Of a stretch of DNA of 64,000 bases, positions 1 through 8,397 are shown in pieces. The translations under genes and the position numbers were made by a program. This DNA comes from Roseibacillus sp. (GTDB lineage: Bacteria; Verrucomicrobiota; Verrucomicrobiia; Verrucomicrobiales; Akkermansiaceae). The stretch's first letter is position 1. Each line of letters starts with the position of its first letter. The notes under the pieces are model-generated. The model had not been told where the DNA came from. It saw nothing but the letters and a program-made list of their open reading frames with translations, and searched no databases. The DNA lies in the NCBI GenBank assembly GCA_965242925.1, contig CBDEUM010000038.1, positions 96,001-160,000 on the forward strand, written 5' to 3'.

Positions 1-1
1 C

Positions 2-292
2 AATTTTACCCCGGTCTGGAACAACCTTGTTGTCGCTGACGGGGAGGAAGTTCCTGTCCCTTGTACGCTTGAGCAACTGCAAATACTCGCTGCTGGGGAC
101 CCGGTCCTCAGGAAGGATCCAGATGGGTCTTTCCGGCTAAGTTTTGGCCTGCAGAAATCCACAGATTTGGAGACCTTTGTTCCATTAGATCTCTCCGGGC
201 TTAACCCGACGATCAACGAGCAGGGGAAAATAGAGTTGCGGCTCATTTCCATAGAAGACACAGCCTTTTTCCGACTCCAATTTGGGAACTGA
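2..292 (+). CDS. 3' end of a gene entering from the left edge, ending in a Verrucomicrobia-type C-terminal beta domain
   Basis: Not in the ORF track. Frame 2 is open from base 2 to TGA at 290-292 and reads ...DPDGSFRLSFGLQKSTDLETFVPLDLSGLNPTINEQGKIELRLISIEDTAFFRLQFGN*. Confidence 0.75.
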   Translation, partial: NFTPVWNNLVVADGEEVPVPCTLEQLQILAAGDPVLRKDPDGSFRLSFGLQKSTDLETFVPLDLSGLNPTINEQGKIELRLISIEDTAFFRLQFGN

Positions 293-569
293 TCTGCCGT
301 CTTGCCTGCTCCAGGTGACTAGCAGGCACAAAAAGTCACCGGAACGCAGGTGGAAGAAATCCACGTGGTATCCCAGCCTGCCGACCCGTTCCGATGCCTT
401 GGCCGAAAACCAATTTCCCTTCCGCAACTATCCGGAGGACTTCAGTAAAAGGAGGTCGTCCGCAAATTCATTGGGAATGAGCATGAGGCAGAAAGTCCTC
501 TCTTGACCAGAGAGTAAAACAGTTTCCCCTGTCCGGTCAGGAACCCGCTTTATCGACAGGACAATCGCC

Positions 570-2942
570 ATGAAAAATTACGTCGTATCATTCCGCAGTT
601 TCGCCCCAGCCGCCCTCTTCACCATCATTGGTGGGGGGCTTCTCCTCAATTCAGCTGGAGCAGAGACCGTGTTCAGCCAGGACTTTGAAAACGGACTCGG
701 ACCGGATGAGTCGGTGAGCGGATCGTTCAGCATCAACGACAGCCTGGCCTCCATCAACAACGGAACCCTCGTGATGGGGCACTCCGTTCCCTACGGAGCT
801 CTGGGAGGGGCTGCAACTCCGCTGCCCGCCTACTCCTACTACGAACTGACGCTGGACTTGCGCGCCTTCACCGATGTCGAAATGCGCTTCGATTTCAGTG
901 GAGCGATTGAAAAGGACTACGACGGATTCAATCTCATCGCGACGACCGAGCCCCAGGTATCGCCACCGACGGGACTGCTCACCCCGGCGGCCGGGTCTGC
1001 TTTCCAGTATGACGCGGATGCTCTGGTCCAGCATGGCGCTTCATCTCCAGAACTCGGAGCGATCGCCTGGTCCTCCCCTGCAGATCCGTCTATCGTGGTG
1101 AAGGACCTCGCCGCCGTCTTCGATCTCTCTGCCTTCAATGAGGAGAAGGTCATCATTCGCTTTCAGTTCGGCACCGATGCCTTCGAAGGCGGGGAAGGAG
1201 CCAATTTCGATAACATCGTGGTGGAAGGAACCTCTCTACCGGATACCGACAGCGACGGCATGCCGGATTCCTACGAGGACCGGCACGGCCTCGACCCGGC
1301 CACTGACGATGGCATGGAAGACCTGGACATGGACGGTGTCGCTAATCTGGAGGAGTACAACAACTTCACCGACCCCAATGATCCCGACACCGACGGTGAC
1401 GGACTTGATGATGGTGCCGAAACCAACACCGGTGAATTCGTCTCTCCCACCAACACGGGAACGGATCCCAGGAATCCGGACAGCGATGGCGACGGACTGG
1501 AGGACGGTGACGAAATGAACAACATCGGAACCGACCCCAATAAGGCAGACACCGACGGAGACGGATTTGAAGACAAGACGGAAATCGATCTCGGCGGGGA
1601 CCCGAGGGATCCGAGCGTCAAGCCGCCCGTATGGGTGATCGAAGATCTGGGTACCGGGACAGCAGCCCTCATCGGTGGCGACCTGACCGATCCTGAGGAC
1701 GACGGGGTGGAAGGAAACGTTCCGGGGGACGGGGATTGGACTTCGCTCAACTGGAACTGGATCAGCATCGAAGCCAGTAGCGAGAATTACTTCGGCAACT
1801 TCGGTGGTGGCGAAGGAGCATACGATGTCTTTGATAATACGATCGGTCCGGGCCAGGCAAAATGGTGCTGTGACGGCGCTCCGCAGTGGATTACGGTGGA
1901 GTTTGAGATTCCGATCTCGCTGGAATCCTTCACCCTTGCTTCGGGCAATGACGTTCCCGGCCGCGATCCGGTCAAGTGGGGGATCTATGGATCCAATGAC
2001 AACGAGACCTTCGATCCCATCTTCGAACAAGACGATCCGGGGTCTCTCTGGCCACAGCGCTTGCAAGTCCTGCACTTCATCAATCCACGGCGCGCCAAGC
2101 CTTACAAGTTCATCAAGTACCAGGTGGACACCCAGGCTTCTGGCGGCAATCACCAAATCAACGAGATCGAGTATTTCGGTACCACGACGGTGGAAAAGGT
2201 CTTCTTAAGCGTCGACCGTTCCCCCGTAGATTCAGGCATGCTCCGCCTCGGTTGGAACGGTCAATCGGGGAAGGTATACGACGTTCTCGCCAATCCCGAT
2301 CTCTCCTCGCCGGTCGAAACCTGGACCAGGCTGGACGGTGCGCAGGACATCCCCTCTGATCCTTCCGGCGACAACGTCCTGGACATTGCGTTCCCCTTTC
2401 CGGGAACGGGCTATCTGGCGATCCGTGAGAAGGATGCTCCGCCGCTCTTCTATGACGACCTCGAATCAGGAGCAGGTGATTGGACGGCTCGTGTCAACGA
2501 CGACAACAACAACACCCAGTGGGAACTGGGCGCCCCGAACGGAACAAGCGGCCCGCTCACCGGCGCCGATGACTCTGCCACGGCCTGGAGCACCAACCAG
2601 GGAGACTATGGTCCGGACTCCGATATATCTCTCCGTTCACCGTCGATCGACTTGAGTGGACTGGATGCGGCTGTTCTCAAGTTCGATCAGTATCGGGACG
2701 CTGACGGATTTTCCGATACAGCCACCATCCGCTTCCTGCGCGCCAGCGACCAGACTCAACTTGGCGCGGATATTTCCATCGACATGACGGCCCTGGACAC
2801 CGGTTGGAATCCAGCTTCCGTTGCGGTCCCGGCGGCGGCTCTGGGCGAGTCGGTTCTGGTTGAGTTCCAGTTTGTCAGTGATGGCAGTGCGGACGCCTTC
2901 AGTGGGTTGTCCCTCGACAATTTCGAGCTGAGCGCAAACTGA
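570..2942 (+). CDS. Secreted multidomain surface protein (jelly-roll, Ca-binding DxDxDG/TSP3-like repeats, discoidin F5/8-like domain, second jelly-roll)
   Basis: 790 aa ORF with signal peptide (AGA-E), repeats DTDSDG, DLDMDG, DTDGDG, DSDGDG, discoidin-like KWCC...YGSND...QINEIEY; very acidic. Confidence 0.8.
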   Translation: MKNYVVSFRSFAPAALFTIIGGGLLLNSAGAETVFSQDFENGLGPDESVSGSFSINDSLASINNGTLVMGHSVPYGALGGAATPLPAYSYYELTLDLRAFTDVEMRFDFSGAIEKDYDGFNLIATTEPQVSPPTGLLTPAAGSAFQYDADALVQHGASSPELGAIAWSSPADPSIVVKDLAAVFDLSAFNEEKVIIRFQFGTDAFEGGEGANFDNIVVEGTSLPDTDSDGMPDSYEDRHGLDPATDDGMEDLDMDGVANLEEYNNFTDPNDPDTDGDGLDDGAETNTGEFVSPTNTGTDPRNPDSDGDGLEDGDEMNNIGTDPNKADTDGDGFEDKTEIDLGGDPRDPSVKPPVWVIEDLGTGTAALIGGDLTDPEDDGVEGNVPGDGDWTSLNWNWISIEASSENYFGNFGGGEGAYDVFDNTIGPGQAKWCCDGAPQWITVEFEIPISLESFTLASGNDVPGRDPVKWGIYGSNDNETFDPIFEQDDPGSLWPQRLQVLHFINPRRAKPYKFIKYQVDTQASGGNHQINEIEYFGTTTVEKVFLSVDRSPVDSGMLRLGWNGQSGKVYDVLANPDLSSPVETWTRLDGAQDIPSDPSGDNVLDIAFPFPGTGYLAIREKDAPPLFYDDLESGAGDWTARVNDDNNNTQWELGAPNGTSGPLTGADDSATAWSTNQGDYGPDSDISLRSPSIDLSGLDAAVLKFDQYRDADGFSDTATIRFLRASDQTQLGADISIDMTALDTGWNPASVAVPAAALGESVLVEFQFVSDGSADAFSGLSLDNFELSAN

Positions 2943-3069
2943 GGCGTCAGTTCTGATTGTTTCAAGGTGGTGGGGGCGTCGCCGTCTTTCTTGTCAGATG
3001 GAAAGGTGCGATGGGATTGGTCTTGCCAATGACCCCGGGCAACGGACTAACTAGTGTCCCTGTCTATCC

Positions 3070-4134
3070 ATGGAGGCCATTCGCGCAGATTCGATCTCAA
3101 AAGACTTTGGCGAAATTCGGGCCTTGAATGAGGTCAGCATCGGGATTGAGCCCGGCGAGTTGTTCTTTCTCCTCGGGGGGAGCGGTTGTGGAAAGACAAC
3201 CCTGCTCCGCTGCATCGCGGGCCTGGAGCAACCCTCCTCGGGGCGTGTCCTCTTTGAGGGGGAGGACGTCACCGACCTTCCCACCCACAAGCGGGAGGCT
3301 GCGATGGTGTTTCAGAGCTACGCTCTCTGGCCTCATATGACGGTGGGACAGAACATCGCCTTCGGGCTGGAGGAACGGAAGGTCCCCCGCGACGAGATTG
3401 CCGATCGTGTGGGCGAGGCGCTTGAGATGGTGCGGATGCCGGGATTCCAGGAACGCGGGATCGATCAGATGTCCGGTGGCCAGCAGCAGCGGGTCTCGCT
3501 GGCCCGCGCCCTGGTGGTGAAGCCCAAGTGCCTTCTGCTGGACGAGCCGCTCTCTAATCTCGACGCACAATTGCGACTGGAAATGCGTTCGGAGATCCGC
3601 CGTATTGTAAAGGAGAACGGACTTACCGGGGTTTACGTCACCCACGACCAGGCCGAGGCGCTTTCCATGGCTGATCGCCTGGCGGTGATGGATCGGGGCC
3701 GGGTTCAACAGATTGGATGCCCGGAGGATGTTTACCGTAATCCGGCCACCTCCTGTGTGGCCTCCTTTATCGGGGAGACCAATCTCCTGGACGCAACGGT
3801 GAAGGGGCAGGGGGAAGGAGGATCGGTCGTGGTCGAAACCGAGGCAGGGGAGTATGCGGGCCGCCCTGCGGCAGAAGACTGGAGGCCGGGAGAGGGAGAC
3901 AAGGTCTTCGTTTCGGTGCGGCCGGAGGCGATCAGAATTGCTGAAACGGAGGATGGTTCCCTGGGGGAGATCATGGAGACCACCTACCTCGGGGATATCA
4001 TTCAATACCGGGTCAGGATGCATGCCGGGGTGGAGATCCAGGTCTCCGAGATGAATCCCCGGTTGGTCCTGGCCAAGGGAGTGGGGGTGACGCTGGAGGT
4101 GCATCCGGAGAATGTGGTGGTCCTGCGGGAGTGA
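3070..4134 (+). CDS. ABC transporter ATP-binding protein (FbpC/PotA-like, C-terminal TOBE domain)
   Basis: Walker A GGSGCGKTT, signature MSGGQQQR, Walker B LLLDEP, VTHDQ. Confidence 0.93.
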   Translation: MEAIRADSISKDFGEIRALNEVSIGIEPGELFFLLGGSGCGKTTLLRCIAGLEQPSSGRVLFEGEDVTDLPTHKREAAMVFQSYALWPHMTVGQNIAFGLEERKVPRDEIADRVGEALEMVRMPGFQERGIDQMSGGQQQRVSLARALVVKPKCLLLDEPLSNLDAQLRLEMRSEIRRIVKENGLTGVYVTHDQAEALSMADRLAVMDRGRVQQIGCPEDVYRNPATSCVASFIGETNLLDATVKGQGEGGSVVVETEAGEYAGRPAAEDWRPGEGDKVFVSVRPEAIRIAETEDGSLGEIMETTYLGDIIQYRVRMHAGVEIQVSEMNPRLVLAKGVGVTLEVHPENVVVLRE

Positions 4135-4160
4135 CGATCCCGGGTTCCGTTTGAGAAGGC

Positions 4161-5528
4161 ATGAACAGTTGGAAGAAGATCCTCCTCATCCTCGCGCTCC
4201 TCACGGTGGTGGTTGCCGCGCCGCTGGTGTTGCGCGACAGTGGAAGGGAGGGATCTGACCAGGCGGACCTGCGGCTCGACGTCATCACTCCGCACACCGA
4301 GACGCTGCGCCGCGAATTCGGTGAGGCTTTTGCCGACTACTGGCAGAAGAAAACGGGAGAGAGTGTCTATGTGAACTTCCTCGTCCCGGGCGGAACGTCG
4401 GAATGCGTGCGCGTAATCGGGAACGGCTTCGAAGCAGCCCGGGACCGGGGAGTAACCGGGTGCAATATCGATGTTTTCTTCGGAGGGGGCGCCTACGACT
4501 TTGCCATTCAGGCCAAGCTGGACCGTTTTGAGAAACTACGGATCTTCGATACCCATCCCGGACTGTTCGAGGAAAATGGTATTCCCGCCACTCTGGGTGG
4601 AGAGACTTTCTACGATCCTGATCACGCTTGGATCGGATCGGTGCTGTCCAGCTTCGGGATCTGTTACAATACCGATCTGCTTGTGGAGCGTGGTCTTTCC
4701 CCTCCCACCAGCTGGGATGACCTGGGGGATCCCGGTTATGTGCGCGGGATCGCACTGGCCGATACCACCAAGAGTTCCTCGGTGACCAAGTCGTTTGAAA
4801 TGCTGGTCCAGCAGAAGATCCAGAACGAACTGGCCCAGGGCAGCTCCGGGGAGGAGCGCGCTGCCGTGGTTGCACGCGGTTGGGAGGCCAGCATGCACCT
4901 CATCCAGCGCATCGGCGCCAACGCACGCTATTTCACCGACAGTTCAGCCAAGATCCCGCGCGACGTGGCGCAGGGGAATGCGGTGGCCGGGATGTGTATC
5001 GATTTCTACGGCCGAACCACCAGCGAGACGCTGAAGAAGGAAGATGGATCGTCCCGCCTGAAATACATCATGCCCTCGGGTGGCAGCTCCATCAGCGTGG
5101 ACCCGGTGGCGGTCCTGAGGGGGGCTCCCCATCCCGAGCTGGCGCAGGGTTTCGTGGAATTCGTCCTTTCGAGGGAGGGTCAGATGCTCTGGGCGGCTGC
5201 CCCGGGGAGCAGCCCCGGGCCCAGATACCGGGCCCTGCGTCGTCTTCCCATCCGTCCTGATCTCTATGAGGGCGAAACCCTGGCCGCCATGATCGACGGG
5301 GAGGCCCTGCCCTTTGAGCAGGCCCGGAAGTTCACTTACGACCGAAAACTGACCGGTCACCTGTTCTCTCCGCTCAGGACCATTATCCGGGTGATGTGCA
5401 TCGATCCCCATGACGAGATGAAAGCGGCCTGGGACGCCCTGATCGAGGCAGGATTTCCGCCCCAGGCGACGGCCAGGTTTCATGACGTCAGTGCGGTGTC
5501 CTACGAGCAGGCCGGGGAGCCTGATTAA
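4161..5528 (+). CDS. ABC transporter substrate-binding protein (Fe3+/thiamine-type); true end probably 5640 via a frameshift
   Basis: N-terminal hydrophobic helix, ITPH, DVFFGGG, GICYN, DPVAVLRGAP; lies between ATPase and permease. Confidence 0.85.
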   Translation: MNSWKKILLILALLTVVVAAPLVLRDSGREGSDQADLRLDVITPHTETLRREFGEAFADYWQKKTGESVYVNFLVPGGTSECVRVIGNGFEAARDRGVTGCNIDVFFGGGAYDFAIQAKLDRFEKLRIFDTHPGLFEENGIPATLGGETFYDPDHAWIGSVLSSFGICYNTDLLVERGLSPPTSWDDLGDPGYVRGIALADTTKSSSVTKSFEMLVQQKIQNELAQGSSGEERAAVVARGWEASMHLIQRIGANARYFTDSSAKIPRDVAQGNAVAGMCIDFYGRTTSETLKKEDGSSRLKYIMPSGGSSISVDPVAVLRGAPHPELAQGFVEFVLSREGQMLWAAAPGSSPGPRYRALRRLPIRPDLYEGETLAAMIDGEALPFEQARKFTYDRKLTGHLFSPLRTIIRVMCIDPHDEMKAAWDALIEAGFPPQATARFHDVSAVSYEQAGEPD

Positions 5529-5636
5529 ATCGACCCTGAAGAAGAGCAAGGTTGATGCGGTCAGGCTCATGAACGAACTCGGCAGTGTCTTCCGGGCAAA
5601 TTACCGGGAGGCGCAGCGCCTGGCAGAGGAAGGGAA

Positions 5637-7331
5637 ATGAGAGCGAGAAAGGCCATTATTCTTACAACGGCGGTGGCCCTCTTCTTCGGGGTCTTCTTCC
5701 TCTTTCCGGTCGTGATGGTGATCGGCGAGGCCTTCGTGGACAAGGAAGGCGGTTTCACGAGTGCTTACGTGGTCCAGGTTTTTGCCAACCCGGTCTATCT
5801 TGAGGGGCTCTGGAATGCGCTGCTCCTCGGGGTGATCAGCACCATTGCGGCACTGCTGATCGCCTTTCCGCTCGCCCTCTTCACACACCGCTACCGCTTT
5901 CCGCTGAAGGGCCCGCTCTCGGCTCTCATCCTCGTCCCGCTTGTCCTGCCTCCCTTCGTGGGGGCCGTGGGAGTCAAACAGATGCTCGGGGTGAAGGGGG
6001 CGCTTAACGCCTTCCTTGAGAAAATCGGGATGATGGATCCGGCCGCGCCCATCGACTGGCTGGGGGAGGGACGCTTCTGGGGTATCGTGATCATGAATGC
6101 CCTGCACCTTTATCCAATCCTCTACATGAATATCGCGGCGTCGCTCGCGCATCTTGACCCTGCCATGGAAGAGGCCGCACAAAATCTCGGCTGCTCGCCA
6201 TGGAGGCGACTGAGGCGTATCACCATGCCCCTCACCATGCCCGGAATCTTTGCGGGAGGTGCGATCGTCTTTATCTGGTCCTTCACTGAACTGGGTGTGC
6301 CATTGGTCTTCGACTACTCGCGGGTGGCCCCGGTGCAGATTTACGACGGGCTCAAGGATCTGGAGAGTAATCCGTTTCCCTACGCCCTGGTGGCGGTCAT
6401 GCTGGTCATTTCCTCGGCAGTATTTCTGCTCTCCAAGGCCTTCCTCGGGCGTTCGAGGCTGGGGACTGCCCCGCGCCCCAAGGGGCGGCAGGCGGAAAAG
6501 GTGCTGCGGGGCGGGAAAGGCTGGTTGCTCACCGCTCTCTTCCTGGGGATCTTTCTTTTCGCCTCCCTGCCGCACCTGGGCGTGATCCTGCTCTCGGTGG
6601 CCACCGACTGGTACGGTACGATCCTTCCGGAGCAGCTCACCGGGGCGCACTATGACGAGGCTCTGGGACATCCTCTGGTGGTGCCTTCCATCCAGAACAG
6701 TCTCCTTTATGCCTCGGGGGCGATGCTGGTGGACCTACTGCTGGGACTTGCTATTGCCTGGGTGATTGTAAGAAGCACCATTCGTGGTCGGGCCCTTCTC
6801 GACGCACTCGTGATGCTGCCCCTGGCGGTGCCCGGACTGGTCCTGGCCTTTGGATATCTCGCTCTGGCACAAGAAGGCCGGGCCTTCTCCTTTCTGGTCG
6901 GAGCCAACGGGAATCCCGTCATCCTGCTTGTGCTTGCCTACGCGGTGCGCCGGCTCCCCTATGTCGTGCGGGCAGCGGTGGCCGGGTTGCAGCAGAGTAA
7001 TGTCACCCTGGAGGAGGCGGCGCTCAGCCTCGGGGCCACTCCGATGCGCATGATGCGGCGGATTGCACTGCCCCTCCTCTCCGCCAATCTACTGGCTGGC
7101 GGCATTCTGGCCTTCGCCTTCGCCATGCTGGAGGTGAGTGACAGCCTGATCCTGGCCCAGCAGGCCGAGCACTTCCCGATAACGAAGGCTATTTACACGC
7201 TGCTCAACACGTTGGGGAACGGGTATGAACTGGCCTCCGCTCTCGGGGTGTGGGCCATGATTTTTCTGGGGATTTCGATCGTGGGGGCGGTTTTGCTGGC
7301 CGGGAAACGTGGGGGTCTCTTCCGCATGTAG
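5637..7331 (+). CDS. ABC transporter permease (FbpB-like, duplicated TM domain)
   Basis: Two EAA loops (EEAAQNLG, EEAALSLGA) and many TM helices. Confidence 0.92.
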   Translation: MRARKAIILTTAVALFFGVFFLFPVVMVIGEAFVDKEGGFTSAYVVQVFANPVYLEGLWNALLLGVISTIAALLIAFPLALFTHRYRFPLKGPLSALILVPLVLPPFVGAVGVKQMLGVKGALNAFLEKIGMMDPAAPIDWLGEGRFWGIVIMNALHLYPILYMNIAASLAHLDPAMEEAAQNLGCSPWRRLRRITMPLTMPGIFAGGAIVFIWSFTELGVPLVFDYSRVAPVQIYDGLKDLESNPFPYALVAVMLVISSAVFLLSKAFLGRSRLGTAPRPKGRQAEKVLRGGKGWLLTALFLGIFLFASLPHLGVILLSVATDWYGTILPEQLTGAHYDEALGHPLVVPSIQNSLLYASGAMLVDLLLGLAIAWVIVRSTIRGRALLDALVMLPLAVPGLVLAFGYLALAQEGRAFSFLVGANGNPVILLVLAYAVRRLPYVVRAAVAGLQQSNVTLEEAALSLGATPMRMMRRIALPLLSANLLAGGILAFAFAMLEVSDSLILAQQAEHFPITKAIYTLLNTLGNGYELASALGVWAMIFLGISIVGAVLLAGKRGGLFRM

Positions 7332-7337
7332 GGGGGG

Positions 7338-8240
7338 TCAATTCCGGTTTTCGGCAGGGTCAGTTGCTGCCGGAGAAGATCTGTGCCGTGCTTTGAGCCA
7401 TGGATCGAGGAAGTTGGCGATGATGATGAGGACAGTGCCGAGGTAGAAGGCAGGATGCAGTTGCTCGTACTCGTGGAAGAGGATGGCCCCGAGGAGAATG
7501 CCCCAGACGGGCTCGAAGTTCATGGTGAGATTGGCCGTGTAGGCGGTCAACCGGCGAAGGAGGTGAATGTTCCAGGTGTGAGCCACGGTGGTGCAGAGCA
7601 GGGCGAGGGTGAGAAGCGGCAACCAGTCGCGCCCGGTCGGGATCTGGAAGTGATGAGGGGAGATGAGGGGGAGAACGAGGGCTGCCATGAGGCATGCCCC
7701 GGCCATCTCGTAGAGGAGCATGCTGCGGGAAGGGGTTCCCCGGGCCACCAGTTGCCGGTTGAGGACGGGAAAGATGGAGTGAAGCAGGGCTCCCATCAGG
7801 CCCACCAGGAGGCCGAGGCGGTGGTCGTTGCCAAGGTTTCCAGCGATAAACAGAATTCCTGCAATGACGATTCCCCCGCAGAGCAACTCGCCCGGGTGGA
7901 TGGGTCTTCGTTCGATGAGGGGTTCGGTGATGGCCGTGAAGAGGGAGATGGTGGCAAAGGCAGCAAGGGCCACGGACACGTTGGAGAGGGAGATCGACCA
8001 GAAAAAGCAGACCCAATGAGCCCCTTGGAGTAATCCAAGTCCGAGGACGGCCAGCAACCGGCGGCGGGGGAGACGAAGGAGGGCAGGATTGATAGCCGCC
8101 AGCCAGAGTGCCATGGCAAGTCCCGCAATGAAGACGCGCCAGAAAACGAGGGAGGGTGCCTCGATCGAGATGATGCGTCCCAGCACCGCGGTGAGGGCGA
8201 GAATGAAAACGAGGAAATGATATTGGAGTAACGGTTTTAT
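7338..8240 (-). CDS. DMT/EamA family transporter
   Basis: About 10 TM helices, VFWRV and NFEPVWGILL motifs. The ORF track starts at 8186, but the first helix continues in frame to an ATA codon at 8240. Confidence 0.85.
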   Translation of the reverse strand: MKPLLQYHFLVFILALTAVLGRIISIEAPSLVFWRVFIAGLAMALWLAAINPALLRLPRRRLLAVLGLGLLQGAHWVCFFWSISLSNVSVALAAFATISLFTAITEPLIERRPIHPGELLCGGIVIAGILFIAGNLGNDHRLGLLVGLMGALLHSIFPVLNRQLVARGTPSRSMLLYEMAGACLMAALVLPLISPHHFQIPTGRDWLPLLTLALLCTTVAHTWNIHLLRRLTAYTANLTMNFEPVWGILLGAILFHEYEQLHPAFYLGTVLIIIANFLDPWLKARHRSSPAATDPAENRN

Positions 8241-8397
8241 GAGGAGCGGGGGTGAGGCTTTGTTCCGGAATGAAAGGGTGGATCGTGAAGGCAGTTCAGA
8301 TTGCGCGCCGCATGTCCACTGTCCACTGAATACTGGATGGACTGGTCCAGGTTACGGACCGCTTGATCTCTCTGCTCTTTCGCCATACAGTGAGGCA

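Noticed and set aside
1240..1620. Repeated GAC/GGC-rich units as a CRISPR or DNA repeat
   Set aside because: They are degenerate codons for DxDxDG protein repeats inside a CDS; no fixed repeat-spacer structure and no cas genes.
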